Below are positions 13,079-26,300 of a DNA stretch of 64,000 nucleotides, piece by piece. The stretch spans positions 1,953,479-2,017,478 of the forward strand of contig NC_068989.1 of NCBI RefSeq assembly GCF_001194135.2. The letters run 5' to 3'. The translations under genes were made by a program, and so were the position numbers. The notes below the pieces were generated by a model that was not told where the DNA came from, did not search any database, and saw only the letters and a list, made by a program, of their open reading frames with translations. The DNA is from Octopus bimaculoides (Eukaryota). The number at the start of each line of letters is the position of its first letter. Within the stretch, counting starts at the first letter, position 1.

Positions 13079-13560
13079 TTGGATCATCCCATAAATAATG
13101 CAGTTTTTTTTATACATCTTTTATTTTTCAAAATTAAGATAAATAAAGTTCTTTTTTAATCTAAAATATACTCTCCTTCATTTTCTACAATACTCTTCCC
13201 TCTATCTGGTAGACTAGTAAGGTCCCTCTTCCAAAATTCACTTGTCCGTAACGAAAAACACTCTTCCAGTACTGTTCTGACCTCGTCTACAGAATTCATA
13301 TTTTCCCCATCCAAATGATTTTGAAGACTGCAGAATAAATGATAATGAGATGGGGCAATGCTTGGCGAATATTGTGGATGGGGCATCGTTTCCCATTCAA
13401 ACTGCTCCAGCCTTTGGAATGTCATCCTCGCTGTATGTGGCCAAGCATTATCCTGATGGAAGAACACCTTTCGTCTTGAAATCAAAGATGGTCGTTTTTC
13501 TGCTGGCGCTGACTTAAGCCTCTCAAGCTGCTCACAGTAGATCTCCTTTGTTCATGTTTG
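13079..13560 (-). mobile_element. mariner transposon fragment (transposase C-terminus plus one TIR)
   Basis: ORF 13156..13485: FFHQDNAWPHTA...HPQYSPSIAPSHYHLF...GEYILD; TIR ttggatcatcccataaataatgcag after TA at 13077-13078. Confidence 0.88.
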
Positions 13561-13583
13561 GTTTGGGTTTAAAAATTCTTCAC

Positions 13584-13850
13584 TACAGTTTTCACTTCCT
13601 CGTCACTGGACTATCATCTCTTCAGCCCCATGAAAGAGGGTTTGAGAGGCAAACATTATTCCAGTGAGAAGGAATTGAAAACTGTAGAGAAGTGGCTCAA
13701 AGAACAGTCAACAGAATTTTACGGGGCAGGGATACATGCTCTCATTTGAAGGTGGAACATTGCTATTGAGAGAAACGGTGACTATGTTGAGAAGTAGGGA
13801 TGTGATCCACAGAGGACCAGCTTCATTTTGGTGTATGATACATGTTCCTT
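13584..13850 (+). mobile_element. Second mariner subfamily, C-terminal relic
   Basis: DYHLFSPMKEGLRGKHYSSEKEL...RWNIAIERNGDYVEK*; its 3' part recurs almost identically at 59826-59910. Confidence 0.75.
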
Positions 13851-15094
13851 TTTACGTGCCAGTCACGTGACACCAGCGTCAGCCACATAATAAAAACAGT
13901 TTTATACATTTATCTCAAGGATTACTCCATTCTTTGGCAGAGTACAAATTTATTATTCTTTAACTGGAATAATATTGTTTTGGCCAGCTAAGCCATCATT
14001 GGACAATCTGATGATGGTTTGGCAGGCCAAAACTTCAAAGTCACTGTCAACTGTCAATGTTATTATTGTTAAAGAGTAATATATATATATATGTGTGTGT
14101 GTGCGTGTGTAAAGCCAGTGATGTTTGTAATAGTGTGAATCTTGAAGTACCTCAATATCAAATTCTTCTTAATGTTTATCAATTCAATCATAAAATCAGG
14201 AAAGTTTGTATGTGTAAGTATAGTGTATGTATGTGTTTGCATGCGTGTGTGTGTGTGTGTACTTGCTCATTTGTGTGTGTGTTTGTTCGTTTGTGTGTGT
14301 GTGTATGTGTAAGAGTTAAGATCTACATACTGACGCATAACTTACAAAAATAAATAAATAAATAAAATAAAACAAGAAAAATCTCTGTGATTGTTTCATA
14401 AAATTGTGCAGTTGTCAGATTTGTGTCTCAAGGTGTAAAGAGGAACTGATAAGAGGTTTCAAATGTCAACGTTTTGGATAGACTTATCTAGAAATATTTC
14501 AGACATCAAACAATGTTTGCTGTTGTTGTTATTATTCTTAATTTTGTAATATACGAATAGTAATGTAAGTAGAGTCTCATGGCCCAGGATTCATCGAGCC
14601 TGGCTACTTGGTCCCCATGGTGTATAAGTGGCTGAGATCACCACATCCCGGGCTTTTGTATGCTTGCTCATTTGCAGCTGAGTGAATTGATGCAATGTGA
14701 GATGAAGTGTTTTGCTCAAGAACACAATGCACTGCTTGGTACAGGGATTGAAACCGCAATCTGGCAGTTGTGAGTGCAACACTCTACCACATCCACAGGC
14801 CTTACTGAGAGTGAGACCTATATTCAGCAGCAAAATTTGCATCCAGGAATCAGGAACCAAGTGCAATGCATGGAAATCTTAGCTTTTGAATTAGTTTTCT
14901 AACTTTACAACCAAAGAGGAAATACATTCTCTTATCTATTGAGTTTTATTCCTCCTGCTTGTTCCAGCAACCCTACACACACACACACACACACTATATG
15001 TGTGCTTGTGTGTTTAACAGGAGCTGGCAAACCTGAACACTGCACCATGGTCTCTCACTCTCTCCTTCTCTCTCATTCTATGTGTGTGTGTGTG

Positions 15095-15124
<30 letters not shown>

Positions 15125-15125
<1 letters not shown>

Positions 15126-16046
15126 TGGGTCATCTCATAAATAATGCAGTTTTTTTCAGTTGCACGAAATAAAAGTCAGAGGGGAACGAGATAAATTACC
15201 CACATCAACTTGCTATAAAAGCAAGGAAGAATTTTACTTTGTACTTATTCTTAGTGTAAGTTTTGAAGAGTGCAGTTTGATTTTAACAGTTATTTTTTCA
15301 AAGCTATGACAGAAGCGACAAAGGAACATATTCAGCCTGTTTTGTTTTATGGGTCCTATAAAGGCAACAATGCAACGGAAAGTAAGAGGAATATTAATGC
15401 AGTATATGGGGATCAGACAATAAACATAAGCCAGTGTCAATGGTGGTTCCAGAAATCCTGAGCTGGAAACCTCAGCCTAAAACATGAGCCTTGTCCTGGA
15501 AGATCTGTCGGGCTTGACAAGGATGTCTTGTAAACTCTGCTGGTACAAAGTCCATTGTAACTGTTGAGGAACTAGCAGAGAAGCTTGGATTTGGTCATTC
15601 AACCAGTCATTCAAGTCAGTGCTAGACGAAAAACGACCATCTTTGGTTTCAAGACGAAACGTGTTCTACCATCAGGATAATGATTGTTCACATACAGTGA
15701 GGATGACATTTCAAAGGCTGGAGTAGTTTGAATGGGAACCATTATCCCCACCCACCATTTTCACCAGACATTGCCCCATCTGATTATCATTTATTCTGCA
15801 GTCTTCAGAATCATTTGGATGGAAAAAAATATGAATTTTGTAAACAAGGTCAGAACAATACTGGAAGAGTGTTTTTCGTCATGGACAAGTGAATTTTGGA
15901 AGAGGTACTTGGCAAGTCTGTCAGATAGAAGGAAGAGCATTGTAGAAAACGAAGGAGAGTATATTTTAGATTAAAAAAGAAGTTTGTTCTTAATTTTGAA
16001 AAATAAAAGAAGTATAAAAAACTGCATTATTTATGGGATGACCCAT
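15125..16046 (+). mobile_element. Internally deleted mariner element with both TIRs (about 920 bp)
   Basis: TIRs ttgggtcatctcataaataatgcagtttt / aaaactgcattatttatgggatgacccat in TA-rich flanks. N-terminal HTH remnant KEHIQPVLFY...NAVYGDQTINISQCQWWFQK and C-terminal ...GEYILD. Confidence 0.88.
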
Positions 16047-16164
16047 CATATATATAAAATAGCTAGCTAGATAGATAGATAGACAGATAAATAGACAGAT
16101 AGATAGGTACATAGGTAGGTAGATAGATAGACATGCATATATAGATATATATCCATTTAAACAC

Positions 16165-16203
<39 letters not shown>

Positions 16204-16595
16204 CACAACACACATACACACACACACATGTCTGTGTGCATGAATGTATTGACATGTGTGTATCATAATAGCAGTGCATTTCGTGAAGTGGTTGACAAAT
16301 GAGTAGAGGCTTCAATAAAGTCAAGAGGACCCTTAACTTTGTCTTGTTGAGAACATAAAATCTGTCCAGGGGTGGTGTGGGGACCACAAGCACTCAGTAA
16401 AGGGGTTGGTGTTAGAAAGGGCCGGGTCAGAAATGATGGCAAAATGAAAACAGATGAAGGAGAGGTAGTTAGAGGGCCTTACTTTGAAGGGTCAACAGGG
16501 AACAAGAACTGATGTGAACTATGGTAAACTCAGAAAGAAAGGTCATGATATATATGTGTATGTATGTATGTATGTGTGTGTGTTTGTGTGTATAT

Positions 16596-16667
<72 letters not shown>

Positions 16668-19600
16668 TTAGGGAAAATAACCAATTCTCAAGAACTCATC
16701 GATGTGAACTATGGTAAACTCAGAAAGAAAGGTCATGATATATATATATATGTATGTATATACATATATATATATATATCTATATCTATCTATCTGGTCT
16801 TCTTTGGTCATGAGTGGATGGCCATCATATATGTATATATATATGTGTTTGTGTGTGTATGTATGCATATATATATATATATATACACACACTCATATAC
16901 ATACATATGTACGTAGGTATGTATATATATATAATTTTAGGTCTTTTGCAAGTGCAGTTTATTGCCCTATGATTGAAGGGTACTCTTAAATGAGCTGGTT
17001 ATGGCCTCACTTGGCTTGCCGGGTCTTTGCTTGCGAAGATCTGTTGAGGCAAGTGAAATCGTTATCATGTGTGTTGAAGCATATTCTGTTGTGTCTGAGG
17101 AGAGTCATTCTCATTCAGTGCCAAGTGGAAATTTTACCAGTGAGTGAGTTAAATTATAAGGCACTAAAAGAAAATGACTCTCCCCAGACACAACAAAATA
17201 AATTTCATTCCTTTTCTATTTTTATTTGATTCCACATAACACCTTGGTTCAGAAGTTAAGAAATGGATTCCTTACTTTTTCATTTTTTCATTCAAAAGAA
17301 TTTATATCTTTTATCCCTACATAAGTTTCACCATTGTGGCTGTTTGGAACCTTGCATTAGCAGTTGTTCATCTATTTCTACACACAGCATACATCATACA
17401 AAAGAGGTGTAAATAACGAATAGCCCAGACATAGATGTTCATTCCGCTGCCTTCCTTTCACTCCCCCTCTATCTGCCTATCTCTGTCTGTTTCTCTCTCT
17501 TTCTCTCTCTGCCAATTTGCCTCAAGATAAACTGAACATTACTCTGTTTGCTTATTATTATATTTTATCAATTAGTGCTTATCAGGTTAATTAGCCAGTT
17601 CACTTTTCTCGGCTGTTATAAATACTTCCTTGTGGTACAAAGATTAATTAGTTTTACAAATACAAAAAAAAAAAAATGAAAAACTTCTCCCTCTTTCTCT
17701 CTTCTACCCATCTCTCTCGCCTGACTTTTTCTCAGGTGAGAAGAGAAACTACTTTACATTTTTTCCTTTTTCTACAGAATAGGCTGAGAGAAGGCTATTA
17801 GAAACCGTTGCTGATGGCCTCTTCCTTTTAATTGTTAAGTTTGACCCAACATAAAGGGTTATAAGGTATTGCTTCATGTACATACAAACTTGTGTGTGTG
17901 TGTGTGAATGTACATACACATATAAGTGAGTCGTCGTCGTCGTTTAACGTCCGCTTTCCATGCTAGCATGGGTTGTGTGAGAGTATCTATCTATACTCAC
18001 ACATACACCCCCACCTCACCCCCATAGCTTATCCGTAAGCTATAAATGCTTAAACAATTATTAACTTTACTAAATTAGAATTCCTATGAAGGACAACCAT
18101 GCAATATGAATGTTTGGAATAAAATATACAACGATATCGCGATAAACTGAGAAACCAAGAACCCCTAAGTAAGTTCAACCCTATCAGAACTAACATTTCA
18201 ACGAAGGAGAACTTATACCTTCAAAAATACAAGATACAAAATGGTTGACAGTCAATAAGCAATCAAATGTATACATCCTTCATCAGCTGCCTAACAAATA
18301 TCATTATGCTTTCAACATATAATAAGTTTCAAAGCTTTATCACAAGTTTTGTTCACTTGTAACTTATTTATTCAGGAAACAACTGTGAAGGATTGATAGT
18401 ATGATGCATGTATATGAACTGTGATACTGGATGGTAGTAAGACATGGGCACTAAATGTAGAGGATTGTTAAGGCTGGAAAGAAATGAAGTGATATGAACC
18501 ACTGGATGGTCATGGTAGATGAAGAAATATCTTGTGGAGATGGGAACTGACTGGGATACTATTTGGGTGGTTGCCTGTGATCAGGGCTGGCCCTAGGGTT
18601 TCTGGTGCCCTGGGCAAGCTGAACTTCAGTACCCTTACAAGTATAATTTTTTAAAGCTTTCACAAGGAGAAAAACTGAAAATGTAAACTAAAAAGCAGAT
18701 AGCAACCCGGTAAACTGTTTGAGTTGTCAGTACCTTGAGCTGGCCCTGCCTGTGATGACCTGACAAAATACCAACAAATGGTGAGTGCAGTGACGTGCTG
18801 CAATGGTGCAGGCCTCCACACCTGACCTGACTTGGTATAAACAAGACATAGATAAGCCAAGAAAAAAACAAAACAACTGTGCATAAGAGGAATAAGCCGT
18901 AGTGTGCAAGATTGACAAATGTGTTGGTGTGAACATGTAGTGAGTATGGACCACCACCACAACAACAACAAAAACAACAACCTGCCCAAAATAGGTGAGT
19001 GGAGAAATACTAGGTAACTCATGTGGAAGAATAATCGAAGACGAAGATCAAAGAAAACATGGGCTGAGGTGATAATGGCTGATCTCTCAAGAAGTTGTTC
19101 TGGTTTCATACCTTCTCTTCCTGCCACTTTGCCAACTTTGGTGCAAATATTCTTAGTAAATGATTAAATGATGATTCCATGATAATATAAAACAGATATC
19201 ACTTCTTTATCATTGTTATCAGCATTGTGTTATGGGTCATTGAAGACAGGTGTGGGGGAGAGGTGGGGGTGGGGGTGGGGGTGCAGATAACATAAAGGAC
19301 AGACTCTGGTTGCTGCCTCTCTTCAGGTAAGAATGGCTATCATCTTTATCTGTAATCTTGACCTTTCACCTCTGTCTCAACTACATTGTTACTATCACTG
19401 CACAATGTGAGAAAAGGAAGGAGCCTATGCTAGAAACACCAGCCAGACCTCTCTCTCTCTCATACCACAACCTACTATACTTGAAGCAAAGGCAAGATGG
19501 TCATGGCTGGAATACCTTTGATCATAGGTCCGCTTGATTGAGGTTTGCCAGCAGTTAAACAACAGCGACCATAACCCACCACCACCATGTCAGCAACAGC

Positions 19601-20597
19601 ACCAAAACAACCTTCAACATGACCACCACTACGACCACCACTACAATCACTACCACCACACACACACACACACACACGCACACACACACACACACGCACA
19701 CACACACACACACACACACAAATGCTTAACTTTCAATCTGGATGAGCTTGGATTTTGAGAAAAAGCAATCAACCTCCTAACTCTCCCATTACAAATACAA
19801 TCTGTCAGTGGAACAATAAAAATGTGCAAGACTTTTCTCAAATTTAAAACGTGACATTGTTTTCGTTATCTCCATTCCTACGATGGAGCTTTGTATCTTT
19901 GTTAGAGACCAGCTCCTTCCTCAGAAGAATTCAAATAATTAAAACAGGTGACCCATCCACCAAAGTGTTCCTAAAGGCACACTATTCACGTCCCTGCGAC
20001 TCATCTCCCTAATACCCCTCCCTCCCTCCACCCACGTTCACTACCCTTTGCATTCCATTCCCCTCTGTCTCCCACCCCACTTCATTGCACACAATGTGTC
20101 TCTGATGAATCTCTCTCTAGCTCCCCCACCACCACCATAACATATCTTCGGGTTTCGGTTCGTGTAAGTTGGCACTAGGGATTTAGCATTGCTGATACTG
20201 TGCAAATCTCATTTAATGAAGGATATTTTGGCACTGAAAATATTTTGTTTTCTTCTACATATATTATTATTTGAAACAGTTCCATTTGGCTTCATGCGAT
20301 TTCAATCTTCGCAGTCTTCTAACAGAAATCGAGCTCATCCAGGCTCAGATTACCGTTTTCTTCGACATAGCAACCAGCTGCCTTTTTACTAGTAGAGCTA
20401 TGAACCTCTGTAGAAACTAGAGATGCTCATATTACCAATAGAAAAACTACGTATAGTTGTATTTTTTTATTGTCAACATAGTAAACCTTTTCTTATTAAA
20501 ACAATATTTCTCGACACTATATTTTATGTCAGGCGAAGGGAGATAACTCAATGCTTTATATTCATTCCTATGAATTTTCAATCTTGCTTTCTCTCTA

Positions 20598-20995
20598 AGG
20601 CGGCGAGTTGGCAGAGACGTTAGGACGCCGGGTGAAATGCTTAGCAGTATTTCGTCTGCCCTTACTTTCTGAGTTCAAATTCCGCCGAGGTCGACTTTAC
20701 CTTTCATCCTTTCGGGGTCGATAAATAAAGTACCAATTACACACTGGGGTCAATGTAATCGACTTAATCCGTTTGTCTGTCCTTGTTTACCCCCTCTATG
20801 TTTAGCCCCTTGTGGGCAATAAAGGAATAAGAAACGTTAGGACGCCGGGCGAAATGCTTAGCGGTGTTTCGTTTGTCCTTACGTTCGATTTTGCCTTTTA
20901 TCCTTTCGGACTCGATAAAATAAGTACCAGTTTCGCACTGGGGTCGATGTAATCGACTTACCCATTTGTCCGAAATTGCTGGCCTTGCGCTAAAA
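20598..20995 (+). mobile_element. Tandem pair of tRNA-headed SINEs, family B (core gccgaggtcgacttt.cctttcatcctttcggggtcgataaa)
   Basis: A-box-like tggcagagacgttagg and B-box gagttcaaattcc. Other copies at about 25440-25640, 25950-26115, 28050-28255, 37395-37505, 62895-63070 (-) and 29330-29500 (+). Confidence 0.8.
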
Positions 20996-21404
20996 TGTGA
21001 AACCATTATAAATGTAAATATTTAAACATTTTCATCTCTGAAGGGAAGATTAAATACTCCCAAAAATGATAATTGTATATCCTTTGTAATTCAACAATGG
21101 AGTTATTCCTGGCCTTAATAAGATTAAATGAACTGAGCTTTATTAAGATTAAAACGCGTAGGTTCACACCAGTCGAAAAATCATACAGCTGACTATGTTG
21201 TGTCCCTATATGTCGTGTAACTTAGCAATCGGATTATTAGCGATCGACAAAATAAGTACTACAAGCTCTGGGGCTCGAACGTGTGCTCAGAACGGCAAAA
21301 TGTCAAAAAAGTTTCAGATATGACAAGGAATATGATTGCAGAAAGTATGTAAGACGAAACCAATGCCACTTGATATTTATATATATTCAATATAAGAATA
21401 TTAT

Positions 21405-21418
21405 AAAAAAGTGCAAAA
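21405..21418 (-). terminator. Pol III oligo-T terminator of the tRNA-Thr gene
   Basis: On the minus strand TTTT starts 4 nt after the tRNA 3' end (21418-21415), followed by T6 (21410-21405). Confidence 0.7.
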
Positions 21419-21422
21419 GCCA

Positions 21423-21496
21423 AGGCTCCAGGGGGATTCGAACCCTCGACCTCCAGTTTACTAGACTGGCGCTCTAACCATCTGAGCTATGGAGCC
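21423..21496 (-). tRNA. tRNA-Thr (anticodon AGT)
   Basis: Reverse complement GGCTCCA TA GCTC AGATGGTTA GAGC G CCAGT CTAGTAA ACTGG AGGTC GAGGG TTCGAAT CCCCC TGGAGCC T: perfect acceptor, D and anticodon stems, intact A and B boxes, one A-C mismatch in the T stem. Confidence 0.93.
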
Positions 21497-22032
21497 GCCA
21501 CGAATTAGTGAGCTCTGTTTGATAAATTAATTTGTGAGAGAGAGACACAGCGAACTTTTAACTCAAGCTGCCGTGCGGGATGTGTGTCAATATGGATGTG
21601 TACCTATATTTGTACGTGTGTAAATGTGTGTGCGTTTTCAGGTATGTGTGTGTAGGCTACAAAAAATTATTATTTGGTTTTTGTATTTAAATTTTGAAGA
21701 TATGATTATTTTTATTGTAATTTTCAAAACTGAATTCTATTTTTATCAAATCGAATCACTTCTTGCTAAATATCACCCACCAAATAAAACGCGGCACTAA
21801 ATTTGCATCAGCAACAACGTTGTTTATCATTTAATCCATGTTTTTTATTTTTACACGGGCATAAACTATGTTTGGCGATTTAATATTTTGTTTTTATTTT
21901 CATGACATCGATAATCTTTCTCGTTTCATTGATTAGAAATTCGAAAATATCAGAGTTAATTAGTCACAGCTCAGCTTCACAAATATTAATTAAAAACTTC
22001 CACAAGTGCCTCCTTAATTGGCGTATGCTAAT

Positions 22033-22060
22033 CCGGATGTCACTCTTTCCCGCCGGATGT
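22033..22060 (+). promoter_or_regulatory. Tandem ETS-type motifs (CCGGATGT x2), probable GTDC1 promoter element
   Basis: CCGGATGT at 22033-22040 and 22053-22060, 20 bp apart, about 150 bp upstream of the GTDC1 ATG. The functional role is inferred. Confidence 0.4.
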
Positions 22061-22201
22061 CAATTACATTATGTTTTCATTTTCAGTTCCCCATGTGAGT
22101 GCTGGAGCTTGTAAATTCAAAATGTTTTAATACACCGTGGGGTAGTTTTTGCTGGATACAGCAGTTCATATGCTGACACACTGTTCCTATTTATTTACAC
22201 A

Positions 22202-22383
22202 ATGACTATAATTTTGTTGGAGGCCTTTTACGGCGGTTCTCATAAACAATTGATTGATTATTTAGCCACAAACATACCTAAATGTTGCGTTTTCAAGTTA
22301 CCGGCCAAAAAATGGCATTGGAAAGCGAGAACATCTGCTTTACATTTTAGTGAAGTTATACCAGAGAATGAAAACAACTACAG
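22202..22383 (+). CDS. GTDC1: GTDC1 exon 1 ([17 protein letters not shown]...ENNY)
   Basis: ATG at 22202; donor AG|GTTTGT at 22384. Confidence 0.93.
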
Positions 22384-23268
22384 GTTTGTTGTGTCTTATA
22401 GACGAAATTAAATTTCTTCAATTACATCTGATCGACTCATAACAAGCGTGCAGACACAAGTTGTCGTCAGCTGTTATGAAACTAGTATTGTTTTGAGAAA
22501 GTTCATAAACTGGGACATGTTCGTATGTCTTGAGGAAGGGAAGACATCTGACCTTTCGCAACACTTTTCATCTCGTATAATAATTAATTAGTGGAAGATT
22601 GCCTTAATTAGCTTCTTAATTGTCTTAATAATTAGTTTCTAGATACTTGGTAATCGAATAATTCCGTACATATTTATATATGTCCAGTATTCAATATAGT
22701 AGTTGTATATTGTTTTAATATAATTGTAATACGTGTTCAGTTTTAATATTGTTATGTAATAAGACTCACTTATATAATGTATATAATAGAACTTGACCAT
22801 AATACATATTTTATCTTGTTTCAATCATTAGCCTGCGACCATGCTGGTGCAACGCTTCGAGGAATTTTAGTGAAACATTGATCCCAGAACTATTTTCTTT
22901 TAAAGCTTAGTATCTGTTCTATCGGTTTCTTTTGTGGAACCGCTAAGTGACGGGGACACAAAGACAACACCGGTTGTTAAGCAGTGATGTGACATGCATG
23001 TATGTGTGTGCGAGTATATATATAACGGGCTTCTTTCAGTTTCCGTCTACTAAATCCACTCAAAAGGCTTTGGTCGGCTCAAGCTATAATAGAAGATACT
23101 CGCTGAAGGTGCCATACAGTGGAACTGAACGCGGAACCAAGTTTTCATTAAACTAGTTACTTGTCCAGTAAGAAGCTTACTTCCCAACCACATAATTCCG
23201 GGTTCAGTTTCACTTCTGACGACCAAAGCTTTGCGAGTCAATTTGGTAGAACCTGAAAGAAGCCCGTC

Positions 23269-23303
<35 letters not shown>

Positions 23304-26300
23304 CATCATCATCGTTTAACGTCCGCTTTCCATGCTGGCATGGGTTGGACGATTTGACTGAGGACTGGCGAACTAGATGGCTGCACCAGGCTCCAATCTG
23401 ATCTGGCAGAGTTTCTACAGCTGGATGCCCTTCCTAACGCCAACCACTCCGAGAGTCTAGTGAGTGCTTTTATGTGCCACCGGCACGAGGGCCAGTCAGG
23501 CGGTACTGGCAACAGCCATGCTCAAATGGTGTTTTTTACGTGCTACCTGCACGGGAACCAGTCCAGCGGCACTGGCAACGATCTCGCTTGAATATTTTTT
23601 ATGGCCACCGGCACAAGTGCCAGTAAGGCGACGCTGGTAACGATCACACTCGAATAGTGCTTTTCACATGTGTGTCTGTATTTGTCCCCCCACCCCCCCA
23701 AAAAACACAACTGATGATTAGCGGTTTGGCAAAAGAGACTGATAGAATAAGTACTAGGCTTAGAAAGCATTTCATCCCTTCCGAGGTCAATAAAATAAAG
23801 TACCAGTCAAGTACTTGGGCGAATGTAATCATCTTGCCCCCTCCCTTCAAAATTGCTGGCCTTGAATCCTGCAGTGAGCCAGTGTCTCATTCAGGGGCTA
23901 TGTTGTGATGTTGTGATTTGGTCACTCAGATGCCATGGAACCTAAGTAACAGGTCTTCTGCTTCATAGCGCTGAAGAGAGAAAAAAATAAAACCAAAGAA
24001 CTTAATGTCACTGGAAAGTGAATAATAATACAAAATAAGAATTTTAATGTCCTTTTTTTCCCTTCTTTTTCCCCAGTTCCTTATTTACAAGTTCCGTATT
24101 GAACCTTGCTGAATTGGTAGCACTGCGTCCTGATTTGGCTCGACTTCATAAAGTTATCTATTTTCATGAAAACCAACTAATTTATCCTGTCAGGAAAGAA
24201 CAGACCAGGGATTTTCAATATGGGTACAATCAGATTTTATCATGGTAAGCACATTCTAATTATTATTACGATTATTAAAGCAGAACTAGTTAAGTACTAG
24301 TTATCTGTCTGCGTTGACTTCTCTGGAGTAGATTTATTCAACCCTGCTTTCTCCTTATAGATTTGTAACTTTGTGCAAAAATTCATTATTGTTTAGGAAT
24401 GGAGAATGGAGTATACTTTGTGTTAACTGTTGTAAGAATGTATTATATTTAATAGGATACACTACCTGTGTGTTTCAATTTAATTACAATGTAATCAAAC
24501 ATTTTAAGAGGTTTAAAGAAACAACAGAGTTTTTCGTGATTAAGTTGGTGCTTCACCACCTCATCCCATGTCTTCTTGGGTCTACCTCTACCACAGGTTC
24601 CCTCCACAGTTAGAGATCAGCACTTCTTTACACAGGGGCTTTCCCTGTTTTCATATCCTTAATTGCTTTATCTACCAAGAAATACTTAACAATTTTTCTT
24701 TTTTTTTCTATTCATTAATGAGGGTTTATTGAAGCTGAAATATTGATAATAACTTTTGGTTTGTTTTACCTTTTTCCCTCTGCTTTGCCATCAATCTGAC
24801 ACATCTCAATTTATACTTTCAACAGTGTTGTTGCTGATGTTGTAGTGTTCAACTCTGAATTCAATAAGAACACATTTCTACAGAACATCAACAGATTTCT
24901 CAACATCATTCCTGATTATCATCCAAAGAATCTCATGAAAAAAATCATGCCAAAGTGCCGAGTCCTATATTTCCCGTTATCCTTTCCTGACTGTCCAACA
25001 GAAAGCTTGCTAGAAAACAAATACTCCCATTTAACCCACGGCTGCATGATGGATAAATGCTTAGAGAAAGTTTTGAAAGAAACTGAAGAATGTGGCTCAT
25101 CCTCAACACTTACAGAACAAATATCTGAGACGAACAATGAAGTCTTGATCAATGGAAGACAAGATGAAATTTTGACTAATGGCACTCATTCTGCAGTTGA
25201 TTGGCAAAATACTGTAGATTACATCAGGGATAAAACTTTGGAACCAGAGATATTGCTATCTGTTCAAGAGAATGGTAAAATATTACATATTGTTTGGCCT
25301 CATCGTTGGTAAGTAAATAATTTTGGTTAGATTGTTATATCTTCTCAAATAAATATTTTTAACTAATTCGTTTTTAACAGTCAAGCTTGAAGTACATAAA
25401 GCTATAAATAAGAGTGTGTAAATATTCTTTTCTACTCTAGGCACAAAGCCTGAAATTTTGGGGCAAGGTGCCAGTCAATTGATTAACCTCAGTACGCAAC
25501 TGGTACTTAATTTATTGACCCTGAAAGGATGAAAGGCAAAGTTGACCTCGGCGGAATTTGAACTCAGAACATAAAGACAGACAAAATATCGCTAAGCGTT
25601 TCACCCAGTGTGCTAACGTTTCTGCTAGCTTGCCACCTTATAGTGTGTAAATATTGGGTTAAAAGACCCCTTTGAATAGGAAAAGCTGAAGGCTACCCTT
25701 GAAACTCAAATTCACATCTACTGTAAGCATGACAGGCATTCTACCACCATGGGGCCAAAGCAATCCTTCAAAATTCTTTATGCATTTGAGAAACTTTGTC
25801 TTACCAAATTTGTTTATTGGAACCATTATTTACATGCTGTCATTTATAGCTTTCTCTATTTTGGGTTCAACGATTAAAATGAATTATTTCATTTGGATTT
25901 CAAGTTTTAGCACAAAAACAGCAAGTTCAGGGTGGGGAGGGTGTTGGGGTGGTTAAGTCGATTACACGAACCACAGTGATTGAGTGCTGCTCATTTTATT
26001 GACCCCTGAAAGGATGCAAGGCCAAGTCAATCTTTGCAGAATTGGAACACAGAATGCAAAGCTGGATGAAATGCCGCTAAGCATTTCGCCTGGCGTGACC
26101 ATGATTCTGCCGGTTTGTTACCATAATCATAACTGATGCTACCATTCACTGCAGTCTTTTCTAGGAGCCTGGTGCAGCCTTCTGGCTTGCCAGTCCTCAG
26201 TCAAACCGTCCAACTCCTCTCAGCACACATTACCAGCTCCTACATATTTCCAAATCTACTTCTGAGATGGTTCTGGGAATTTGTAATCTATAAATAACAC

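Noticed and set aside
14057-16989. Numerous [12 protein letters not shown] ORFs
   Set aside because: Translations of (GT)n, (AT)n and (AC)n microsatellites
18660-19127. 155-aa minus-strand ORF with hydrophobic stretches
   Set aside because: No recognisable family or motif, hydrophobicity derives from (GTT/GGT)n, and no supporting minus-strand exon chain was found
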